IMG/VR virus record: IMGVR_UViG_3300024308_000016
Coordinates: 124,001-188,000 of that record
Reading direction: 5' to 3' (one strand)
DNA: 64,000 nt
Under the pieces are notes generated by a model. That model was not told the DNA's origin. It saw only the letters and a program-made list of their open reading frames with translations, and ran no database searches. The stretch's first letter is position 1. The number at the start of each line of letters is the position of its first letter. This document shows positions 36,146-44,627 of this stretch, piece after piece. The position numbers and the translations under genes were made by a program.

Positions 36146-39061
36146 ATGAAAATCGGCACATTTGAAGACTTTGGCTCTGCGCCTCCATTGTCGCAGGCAG
36201 AACCCATCAACCCGACTCCGGGCATGGGTGTGGAGCAACCGGAGGTGATGCAAGTCACCATCCCCGAGCAAGACATCGACCGAGACACGGGCTTGCCTGT
36301 CACTATGCGCAATGCCGAATACGACAAGCTCACGGTGGACGTGTTCGACAATGCCATGCTGACGATGGAGGACGAGGAGTTTGACCTGCAGCAAAAGGTC
36401 CAGCAACTGAACTTGCTGCAAGATGCCTTCAACACCATCGAAGACACCGAGAACGTCTCGCCTGCCCAGGTACGTGCCATCGGCGTGCAGCTGTCGATGC
36501 TCGACAAGTACCTGCCCCGCGAAGACCGCCTCATCCGTGATGCTCATCTGGGGGGCGCCTCCGAGGACACAGTCAAGAACCGTGTGGTCACCCAAGAAGC
36601 GCTGGGCACTTCCATGAAGGTGCTGTTGCCGATCATCGCGGCCATCGGCGTGATGCTGGGCGGTCTGTACCTGTTCCTGCGCTCCAGGAAGGTGGCTGAC
36701 GCTCAAGCTTCACACAACGAGGCCGTCTTCAAGGCCATGCATCGGGAGGTCGACGCAGCTGTGCAAGGCGCCGCTGAAACCCTCATGCGGTCCCCCCTGG
36801 CCAAGGTGGCCAATGGCGACATGTCGGCTGTGCCGGGCATGAAGCAAGCCAGCGACAACCTGGACCGAGCGATCGAGCAGATCCAGCGAGAGCTGCAAGC
36901 TGCGAGTGTGGAGGCACAAGCTGCCCGCAAAGCGGCTGTAAAGATCGCCCGTGCCAAGGAGCGCCTGATCACCAAGCTGCAGCGCTACAATTTCATCCAG
37001 TCGACCGAGCTGGGCAAGAACGCTTTTGCGCAAGCTGCCAATGCTTATACCAAGTATGGGCAACTCGGCGAGATCGGTGAGGAGCTGGCTGCGACCATCA
37101 GCGATCTTCTCAAGCGAACCACCAAGGAGATGTCCGGTGGCTCCATCGATCCAGCCAAAGCTGGTGAGATCTCGGAAGCGCTCGGTGCTGCTTCCAGCAA
37201 AGCCATCAGCCGCATCAAGTCTGTGGGCATGTCCATGTCGGCCAGCCAGCTCGGATCGCTGATCGACGGTGCTGATCGCCAAAACCAGCTGGTGTGCTTT
37301 CCGATGTTCCCAGGCTCTGCTGGCCCCATCTTGGCGATCGGCGACTCCTCTGCCTCGTACGTCTCACCCAACCGTGACAACACGCCACCTGTGACGACTG
37401 CCGTGACGCTAATGGAGTACATCTCCATGCGCGCCAGTTTCAACTCCATCCCTGTGGCTACCCGCAAGGCGGAGAAGGAAGCCGAAGCTCGCGCCAAGGT
37501 GGGCAAGGATATCACGGAACTCGCTCGCAAGCTGCGCTCTATCGGCAACACCGACGAAGAGCGTGCCAACATCCGTGGCCTGGCGTCTCACCTGAACTCG
37601 GCGCGACAGATCATCACCATGCTGGACCGCACGTGGTTGGAGCTGTGTGCATGCGCCAACGGCCTGACTGATCTGGCCCACTCCTCGCTGGAGGTGGCCC
37701 GCATCACCAAGGAAGCGGCAAGTGCACCAGCTGCGAAAAAGCCTGATGCGCCGCAGCAGCCTACCACCGAGAGCCTGGATGCGGAGATCGCCTCCTTCGA
37801 GAGCCGCCAAACTCCGGTGCCAGTGGCCACTCACGAAGCCATGAGCGCCACAGCCGTGGGCGTGATCGCTGCAGTCATCGCTATGGCACTGGGTGCGCTC
37901 TTTGCGTTCCTGCGTGACAAGCAAATCGCCAAACGCCAATCAGCCACCATCAAGTTCACATTCACTCCTGTGAACTCCGACACTGGTGCCGCCAAGCAGC
38001 GTGCCAGCTCCACAGAGTTTGCCGACCAGATGGCCAGGGCCACTCGCATGCGTTCGGCCGAGTATGAGCGCAAGTGGAAGGAGACAATGGACCGGCTGGA
38101 CAAGACACTCAACGAGATGTATGAGGAAGCAAAACGTTCTGACGAGGAGACGACTCGTCGGTTCAAGGAAAGCCAAGCCGCTCAAGGCTCCAATGGCACT
38201 GCTTCCTCGGCCGATGAGATCCCGCCTCAAGCCGGCAAGGAAATGCTCAAGCTGCGCAAGACCCTGCAAAGCTTCAACTTCCAGGGGGAAGTGACGATCA
38301 AGAAGCAGGAGTTCGCAATTGCCATCCAGAACTACCAGGACTATTCGGCGCTGGCCACCATCGCTGAAGACCTGGGGGCTGCGGCGAAAGTCTCCTTGGA
38401 TCTGCTGGCCCGGGAGCTCACCGACGAGGGCATCACTCCGGAGGCCAACGACAAGATCACCCAGGGCCTGACCAAGGCGCTGATGCGTTCGCACGACGAG
38501 ATCAAATCCGTGGGCACTGCTATGAGTGTTTCCCAAGCCAAGGGTCTGATGACCCAAGCGGCCGGCGATCTGCAAGGCGGCACGTATGTGGTCTTCCCGT
38601 TGTTCCGGGGGTCTATCTCGGCGGCCATGAGCATCAGCGCCCGTGGAGAGGTCCATCCTGGTCATCTGAGCAAAGAAGGCAACGACGTCAACCCTGCTCT
38701 GCAGATGAACTTCGATGACTTCATGGCACTTAAGAGTCAGTTCGAGACCATTCCCAAGGCCACGGAAGCTGCTGAGCGCGCAGCTGAGGACCGAGCCCGT
38801 ATCGGCAAGTCCATCCAGCAAACGCTCCAGCGTCTGAAGAGCCACAAGCAGTTCTCCTCCGAGAACTCCAACATCCGCTCTATTGGCAAGCTGCTGACTG
38901 ACACCACCGCCACGCTTCGCCAGATCGACCAGTGCTGGCTCAAGCTGTGCGGAGATGCCAACCGGTTGGTGGAAGTGGCCTCTTTGGTCAAGGCCATCAC
39001 CACCAAGGGTGATAAGACCGCCCGTGGGGAAGACACCCCAATGGCTGACCGCGTCAACTGA
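36146..39061 (+). CDS. Tandem-duplicated head/ejection protein (probable polyprotein)
   Basis: Start moved to ATG 36146; 971 aa; two homologous modules, each beginning T-X-E|A plus a hydrophobic helix. Confidence 0.8.
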   Translation: MKIGTFEDFGSAPPLSQAEPINPTPGMGVEQPEVMQVTIPEQDIDRDTGLPVTMRNAEYDKLTVDVFDNAMLTMEDEEFDLQQKVQQLNLLQDAFNTIEDTENVSPAQVRAIGVQLSMLDKYLPREDRLIRDAHLGGASEDTVKNRVVTQEALGTSMKVLLPIIAAIGVMLGGLYLFLRSRKVADAQASHNEAVFKAMHREVDAAVQGAAETLMRSPLAKVANGDMSAVPGMKQASDNLDRAIEQIQRELQAASVEAQAARKAAVKIARAKERLITKLQRYNFIQSTELGKNAFAQAANAYTKYGQLGEIGEELAATISDLLKRTTKEMSGGSIDPAKAGEISEALGAASSKAISRIKSVGMSMSASQLGSLIDGADRQNQLVCFPMFPGSAGPILAIGDSSASYVSPNRDNTPPVTTAVTLMEYISMRASFNSIPVATRKAEKEAEARAKVGKDITELARKLRSIGNTDEERANIRGLASHLNSARQIITMLDRTWLELCACANGLTDLAHSSLEVARITKEAASAPAAKKPDAPQQPTTESLDAEIASFESRQTPVPVATHEAMSATAVGVIAAVIAMALGALFAFLRDKQIAKRQSATIKFTFTPVNSDTGAAKQRASSTEFADQMARATRMRSAEYERKWKETMDRLDKTLNEMYEEAKRSDEETTRRFKESQAAQGSNGTASSADEIPPQAGKEMLKLRKTLQSFNFQGEVTIKKQEFAIAIQNYQDYSALATIAEDLGAAAKVSLDLLARELTDEGITPEANDKITQGLTKALMRSHDEIKSVGTAMSVSQAKGLMTQAAGDLQGGTYVVFPLFRGSISAAMSISARGEVHPGHLSKEGNDVNPALQMNFDDFMALKSQFETIPKATEAAERAAEDRARIGKSIQQTLQRLKSHKQFSSENSNIRSIGKLLTDTTATLRQIDQCWLKLCGDANRLVEVASLVKAITTKGDKTARGEDTPMADRVN

Positions 39062-39076
39062 CGCAACCGCTGCAAT

Positions 39077-39125
39077 CATACTCCTTACCATTTCCCCATA
39101 ACCGGGGAGATGGTGGGGAAGTATG
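39077..39125 (+). terminator. CATAC...GTATG-bracketed hairpin
   Basis: ACCATTTCCCC...GGGGAGATGGT core, with outer CATAC/GTATG pairing. Confidence 0.7.
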
Positions 39126-39223
39126 CTGCGCTATATAAATCCTACCAGTAATACTGATCTTTTCAAGATCCAATGGCCGAACACTGTTCATGTTTGGGTC
39201 TTTAACCCCTCTGGGAGGAATCC

Positions 39224-39655
39224 ATGGAACTTACCGAAAATGAATTCTTGATCTCCAGAGCTCTCTCGATCTACAACGAACAATATCACCGGGATATCAA
39301 AGTTGCCGATTGCGAGATCACCTCGATCCCCCATGACCCTCATAGCGATCGAGGCTACGAGATCACCACACCAACGAAAGACCAGTTCTTCCGCATCCAC
39401 TTCTACGTCAAGTTCACCAACAACGACCGCTCCGCCCCAGTGCGACTGGAGGTGACCCCTCCTTATGTGGTCGGTGCGCTGGGCGACGAAGTGTTTGTGG
39501 TGCGCTCTGGCATCGACGAGTGGTATCGCTCCTCGGGCATGTATCGGTTTACGCCGATCGTGCCGATGGATGTTCCTCCGGGCACCTTCATCACCGAGCG
39601 CGGCATTCCCTTCGTCACGGAGTACGAGGCTTTCCTCATCTCCGAAGCAGCGTAA
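39224..39655 (+). CDS. Hypothetical tail-associated protein
   Basis: 143 aa; GGAGG SD; C-terminal ITERGIPFVTE motif. Confidence 0.75.
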   Translation: MELTENEFLISRALSIYNEQYHRDIKVADCEITSIPHDPHSDRGYEITTPTKDQFFRIHFYVKFTNNDRSAPVRLEVTPPYVVGALGDEVFVVRSGIDEWYRSSGMYRFTPIVPMDVPPGTFITERGIPFVTEYEAFLISEAA

Positions 39656-39667
39656 AGGAGCAGCTCC

Positions 39668-40123
39668 ATGGCCCTGCTTTACCCCTTCTCCGACAAGTTC
39701 AAGGAAGAGTTCTTCCCTGTGCTTGTGAAGGCGTTCAACGAGCAACGCGGCACGCGTCTTGACCCCAAAGAGTTTGAGATGCTGCTGTCGGTGCCTGTCA
39801 AGAAGGGCGACACCGTCGGCATCTTGATGGTCACCAAGCGTACGGACGACTTTCTGCGCTTTCGGGTGCGCCTGACTGGCTTCACGGATCTGACGACCGT
39901 GAGCAACTTCGTGATGCGACACGAAATGAACTTCGCCACCAGTTTGCTGGAGGTGTACTGGGAGACGAATGTCACGCTGGAGAAATCCAAGTTCCAAGAA
40001 CTGGGCGTGGCGATCCGTTCTCCCCTTTATCAACGCTGGCTCAACTCCGATCACATCCTGTACCTGGAAGATCGTGGCCGCCTGAAGACGGAGACCGGTG
40101 GCTTCGTCTTGACTCAAACCTGA
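39668..40123 (+). CDS. Hypothetical tail-associated protein (likely paralog of the previous gene)
   Basis: 151 aa; AAGGAG SD; C-terminal LEDRGRLKTETGG motif. Confidence 0.75.
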   Translation: MALLYPFSDKFKEEFFPVLVKAFNEQRGTRLDPKEFEMLLSVPVKKGDTVGILMVTKRTDDFLRFRVRLTGFTDLTTVSNFVMRHEMNFATSLLEVYWETNVTLEKSKFQELGVAIRSPLYQRWLNSDHILYLEDRGRLKTETGGFVLTQT

Positions 40124-40130
40124 GGACATC

Positions 40131-41483
40131 ATGAGCGAAAATACAAAACCTCTGGCCGCAGAACTCGACGCTGATGTGGGTGTGGACCTGTCGATCTCCC
40201 AACTGCCCGAGCTGGCCAACTTCCGCGGCGGTGAGCTGGTGCACGTCGTCTCCAACGGCCGCGACTTCCGCATGGACGCGACCAAGTTCGCCGCTGAACT
40301 GGCGGGCTCCGAAGTGTCGATGTCGGACCTGAACAAGAAGGCCGACAAGACCACGGTGCAGGACATCGGCACTCAGCTGGCTCTGCTGGACGCCAAGAAG
40401 GCCAACAAGAGCGACCTCGACGCTCTGGCCATCACTGTCAGCGAGATGGATCTGGCCAAGGCCAGCCGTGACCAATTCCTGAGCGTGGAAGGCCGTGTCA
40501 ACGCCCTGGAAGTGCGCTCTGGCAACATCGAACGCAAGGCCACCGAACAAGGCGAGGAGATCTTCGCTCTGGGTCGCCGGGTCGCCGCTGTCGAGCTGAC
40601 GGTGCAAGCAGCCGCTACCACTGCCCAAAAGGGCGTGGACGATGCAGCCCGTGCGCAGATCAAGGCCAACCAGGCCGACGCCGCTGCTCAGGAAGCCCTG
40701 GGCTCTATCGCAGCCCAGACCTCCCGCATCGATGCACAAGCCACGACAATTTCCCGTATTGATGGGGAAACCGACACCAACCGTCGCAACATCACCAATG
40801 TCCAAAGCGAAGTCTCCGCTTTGGGAATCCGAATGGGATCTGCCGAGGTTGCACAAGCGCAACTGTCTTCCCGCGTTGCTACGGTCGAGGCCGAACTGCC
40901 CTCGTTCGTGAAGAAGGCTGATCTGGTCGCTACCAACGCCCGTGTGCAGACCAACACCGACGCCATCATCGCTCATGACGCGATGATCGCCACCAACCGC
41001 GTGGACATCGACAAGCTGCGTCTGGATCTGCTGACCATGCGCACTGAACTGGACGCCGTCGATGCTGACTTGCTGCTGCAAATCATCGCCCTGCAGGACA
41101 AGCTGGCGGCACTGACCACTCGCGTGGATCAGATCACCGCCGGTGGTGGCTCCATCATCCCCGCGGTATCGGTGATCGGCACGGTCTCCCAGCCTGGCGG
41201 CTACACGGGTAACAACTACTCGATGTCGATCGTCAACACGGTGACCAACAGCTACGGCAACCCGCTCAATGGGCTGATGTTCCATCTGGAGACCAAGCGT
41301 GGTGTCGGGAACTGGCAAAACGCTCGCTCGTCCCAGTTCACGGACCTGGACAGCGGCGCTTCCGTCCAATTCGACGTCACACTGCAGCCGGGCGAGACCA
41401 TCGAGTACCGCTGCGTGCTGCGTGACAAGTACCGTCCGGGCTGGGTGCACATCATCCGCACCTTCAGCTACACGGCTCTGTAA
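40131..41483 (+). CDS. Coiled-coil fibre-like protein with a C-terminal beta (Ig-like) domain
   Basis: 450 aa; N-terminal ISQLPE...GGELVHVV motif, long heptad region, about 95-aa beta-rich end. Confidence 0.75.
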   Translation: MSENTKPLAAELDADVGVDLSISQLPELANFRGGELVHVVSNGRDFRMDATKFAAELAGSEVSMSDLNKKADKTTVQDIGTQLALLDAKKANKSDLDALAITVSEMDLAKASRDQFLSVEGRVNALEVRSGNIERKATEQGEEIFALGRRVAAVELTVQAAATTAQKGVDDAARAQIKANQADAAAQEALGSIAAQTSRIDAQATTISRIDGETDTNRRNITNVQSEVSALGIRMGSAEVAQAQLSSRVATVEAELPSFVKKADLVATNARVQTNTDAIIAHDAMIATNRVDIDKLRLDLLTMRTELDAVDADLLLQIIALQDKLAALTTRVDQITAGGGSIIPAVSVIGTVSQPGGYTGNNYSMSIVNTVTNSYGNPLNGLMFHLETKRGVGNWQNARSSQFTDLDSGASVQFDVTLQPGETIEYRCVLRDKYRPGWVHIIRTFSYTAL

Positions 41484-41582
41484 CTGGAACTACATCGGGT
41501 TTTGTTTAATTTCGATTGATCCATTGGAGATCCTTATCCGAAGTGACCGAAACCCGACGTCTAGTATGTCGGAACAAGCAGT

Positions 41583-42122
41583 ATGAGTTGTAATAGTCGA
41601 GATGATATCAAAACTGGCGACTTGCTGGCGTGGTCTGATTACTCGAAAGAGCACAGTACGTTTTGGTTGAAGTTGGTCCGCCTAGCGACGATGTCCGAGT
41701 TTGGGCACGTCTCTGTGGCTTGGCGCCAGGGCGAGCAGCTCTTTCACGTGGAGGCAGTGATGCCTTTCATCCGTGTAGTGCCTGTGCCTGAAGGTGAGTC
41801 CTTCTTCTACATCCCTATGTCCCGTTTTCTGAAGACGCCGCCCAGGATGTCAGAGTTCTTCTCTGACAAGATCGGGCAGCGCTACAGCGTGCTGGATGCG
41901 GTCAAAGCCTATCTCGGTATAGCGACGCAACGCGACAACAACTGGCAGTGTGCAGAGTTGTCTAATGCGTTCTACGCTGAGCATGGTGTGGATCTGGGAT
42001 CTAAGGCTATGACGCCTTCTCGGGTTGTTTATGCTGCGCTCGATGAGTGCGGCGCATCGTTGATGAGGATCAACGCCATAAAGTCCTGTTCTATAGGCAA
42101 GGAGTCGAATACAAATGGCTGA
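41583..42122 (+). CDS. Permuted papain-like (NlpC/P60, YiiX/YebB-like) amidase/peptidase
   Basis: IKTGDLL, then FGHVSV (His) preceding WQCAEL (Cys): the permuted catalytic order. Confidence 0.8.
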   Translation: MSCNSRDDIKTGDLLAWSDYSKEHSTFWLKLVRLATMSEFGHVSVAWRQGEQLFHVEAVMPFIRVVPVPEGESFFYIPMSRFLKTPPRMSEFFSDKIGQRYSVLDAVKAYLGIATQRDNNWQCAELSNAFYAEHGVDLGSKAMTPSRVVYAALDECGASLMRINAIKSCSIGKESNTNG

Positions 42123-42690
42123 CGCAAAGCAAACCATTCGACGGGTCAACATGCTTCCTGGCACTCTGGAGGCCAACACGATGTACATCGTGAAGGCGCC
42201 TGGTGCTTTGGAAGCCGATCTCGTCTTCACCGGCAGCGACCCCACGGTCAATGCTAGCACCATCTCCCGGATGTCGATCGAGCAGATCGTCGGCACTGCG
42301 GTGGATGCAAGTACCTCCGTGTACTTCAAGCAGGCCTACGCCGACATGCTCAGTGATCGCCCCAAGGCCAATGCCCTGGTGTACGTCGCTGACACCACTG
42401 GTGACCCCACAGCGACCACGGCCAGCCGTGTGTACCTGTACAACAAGGCCACCAACACCTTCATGGGTTTTCCCAGCTCTGGCGGCGGCTCCTCGGACGT
42501 CACCTGGAACCAGATCCTGGGCAAACCCACGTCCACCCCCGCACAGATCGATCAAGCGGTCGCGCAGATGCATACCCACACCAACAAACAGGTGCTGGAT
42601 CTCATCGGCGAGAACGCTTCGCAAAAGCTCACGTTCCGTGGTGCTCAGGTCGACACCCCCTCGCCCGTGACGTTCACGGCGAACTGGTAA
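42115..42690 (+). CDS. Fibre-associated protein
   Basis: 191 aa; VTWNQILGKP...AQIDQAV...HTH.NK.VLD motif; ends in Trp. Confidence 0.75.
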   Translation: MADAKQTIRRVNMLPGTLEANTMYIVKAPGALEADLVFTGSDPTVNASTISRMSIEQIVGTAVDASTSVYFKQAYADMLSDRPKANALVYVADTTGDPTATTASRVYLYNKATNTFMGFPSSGGGSSDVTWNQILGKPTSTPAQIDQAVAQMHTHTNKQVLDLIGENASQKLTFRGAQVDTPSPVTFTANW

Positions 42691-42715
42691 TTTCTCGTTC
42701 TTTTAGGAGATAGAA

Positions 42716-43993
42716 ATGGCAAATCTGAATATCGAACGCCTGGTCGCGCTTCCCGAAGTCGCCAACCGCAAGCCCTCGACGCTGTACATCGTCAAGAGCG
42801 CCTCCAACGCCAACCTGGTGGACTTCTACGTCACTGGCTCGCTGGTCGAAGGTCAGCCCCTGGAGATCCGCCACGCGCTGAGCTCCCAGGACGTGCAGCA
42901 AGCGATCGACGAGGCCGTGGCCAACATCGACCCCGCCAGCCTGCCCGACATCCCTGGCTCCAAGATCATCTCGGAGATCAGCGTCAACACCACCGGCAAT
43001 GCAGCCACCGCCACCAAGGCCCTGACGGCGGACAGCGCCACCACGGCGGGCACCGCGGCCAAGGCCGATGAAGCCACTTCCCTGGCCCCTGGCGCCACCA
43101 TCAACGGCGTGCTGTTCACCGGCACCGCCGCCATCGTGGTCCCGGCTGTGGACACCGAAACGCCTCGCGTGCCCCAAACGGCCGTGGGCACCTCGGTCGC
43201 CCCCCTGGTGGACGGCAAGGTCCCCGTGCAGTTCATCCCGGCTGCCTTCGACAACATCAACACGTTCCCCACCAAGAGCGACTTCCCCGCTGAAGGTGCA
43301 CGTGACGTCATCTACATCTCCGAAGATGACAATGCGATGTATCGCTGGGCAGGCACCGAGTACATCCTGATCCCCACGGGTGCAGGCGGTACCGACACGG
43401 CTCTGAAGCTGGCCAACGCTCGTCAGATCCGTCTGTCGGGTGATGCCACCGGTCAAATCGTGGGCGCCACCGGCTTCGACGGCTCCGCTGACGTCACCAT
43501 CGAGGTGACGCTCAAGACCATCGAAGGCGCTGCCGGCACGGGCTCCAAGGTCACCGTCAACGAAAAGGGCCTCGTCACCGATGTGGAAGCCCTGACGGCT
43601 GCTGACATCCCTGACCTGCCTGGTTCCAAGATCACCTCCGCCCTGTCGGTGGACACCACCGGCAATGCTGCCACCGCCGACAAGCTTAAGACCCCCCGGA
43701 CCATCACGTTCGAAGGCGCTCTGAGCGGCACGGCCACGTTCGACGGCTCCGCTGATGTGACCGTGACCCTGTCGGGTTCCAGCACTGGCGTGACCCCGGG
43801 CGAATACACCAAGGTCACCGTCAACGCCGGCGGCCTGGTCACGGCTGGCGATCTGCTGACCCCGGCGGACATCCCCAACCTGCCCGGCTCCAAGATCACT
43901 TCCGATCTGACCGTGAACACCAGCGGCAAGGCCGCCACTGCCGGCGTCGCCGACACGGCCAAGGCCATCGAGCTGGCCGCTGCCGAGTGGTAA
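42716..43993 (+). CDS. Fibre protein with three internal repeats
   Basis: 425 aa; repeated IP.LPGSKI.S...V.TTG.AATA; ends in Trp; strong codon bias. Confidence 0.8.
   Translation: MANLNIERLVALPEVANRKPSTLYIVKSASNANLVDFYVTGSLVEGQPLEIRHALSSQDVQQAIDEAVANIDPASLPDIPGSKIISEISVNTTGNAATATKALTADSATTAGTAAKADEATSLAPGATINGVLFTGTAAIVVPAVDTETPRVPQTAVGTSVAPLVDGKVPVQFIPAAFDNINTFPTKSDFPAEGARDVIYISEDDNAMYRWAGTEYILIPTGAGGTDTALKLANARQIRLSGDATGQIVGATGFDGSADVTIEVTLKTIEGAAGTGSKVTVNEKGLVTDVEALTAADIPDLPGSKITSALSVDTTGNAATADKLKTPRTITFEGALSGTATFDGSADVTVTLSGSSTGVTPGEYTKVTVNAGGLVTAGDLLTPADIPNLPGSKITSDLTVNTSGKAATAGVADTAKAIELAAAEW
42940..43945 (+). repeat. Three in-frame coding repeats of about 75 nt
   Basis: Copies near 42940-43012, 43601-43680 and 43865-43942. 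Confidence 0.8.
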
Positions 43994-44035
43994 GCACTCG
44001 CGGCTGTTAGCAACCCACTACACGGAAGGATAGAT

Positions 44036-44524
44036 ATGACTCTCGTATCGCCTTCCGCGACTCGTGCCCGCGCCGGTGGCGCGCTCGCCCCTATGAAGTT
44101 CAGCGCTCTGCCGAAACTTCAGGTGGTGAGCGACGCCATCGAGCTGCCGGTCCTGTTCGCGGGAGAAAACTACACCATCGAAGCGGGTCTGTTCAAGACC
44201 ATCGTGACGAAGTCGACCATCGGCCTGGACAAGGTGGACAACACCTCCGACATGGCCAAGCCGATCTCCACGGCGACCCAGGCGGCCATCGATGAGCTGT
44301 TGGACCGCATCAACGAGAAGGCCAACCTCTCGGATCTGGGAGCTCTGGGCGCTCGCGTCGGCGCCAATGAGCGCAAGATCGCGGATCTGGAGCTGTTCAT
44401 GACGTCGGGTCTGATCCCAGCTGACCGCATCACTGGCCTGAACCCGGTGATCGATGCTCGCATCGACGCCAAGATCGACGGCATCGTGGCCCCCACGGTG
44501 TTCGCCGGTCCCAATGACTGGTAA
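44036..44524 (+). CDS. Fibre-associated protein
   Basis: 162 aa; IGLDKVDNTSDMAKPISTATQAA fibre motif; ends in Trp. Confidence 0.78.
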   Translation: MTLVSPSATRARAGGALAPMKFSALPKLQVVSDAIELPVLFAGENYTIEAGLFKTIVTKSTIGLDKVDNTSDMAKPISTATQAAIDELLDRINEKANLSDLGALGARVGANERKIADLELFMTSGLIPADRITGLNPVIDARIDAKIDGIVAPTVFAGPNDW

Positions 44525-44531
44525 GCAGTCC

Positions 44532-44576
44532 TAGATCCTCCAGGGGCCCCTTACGGGGCTCCTGGGGGCATCTATG
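44532..44576 (+). terminator. Long hairpin ending in TATG
   Basis: TAGAT..CCAGGGGCCCC-TTAC-GGGGCTCCTGG..ATCTATG. Confidence 0.7.
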
Positions 44577-44627
44577 GTCGCAAATAAGATGGACTACAAA
44601 AGTCATCCTTAGAATTTTGGAGTATGT

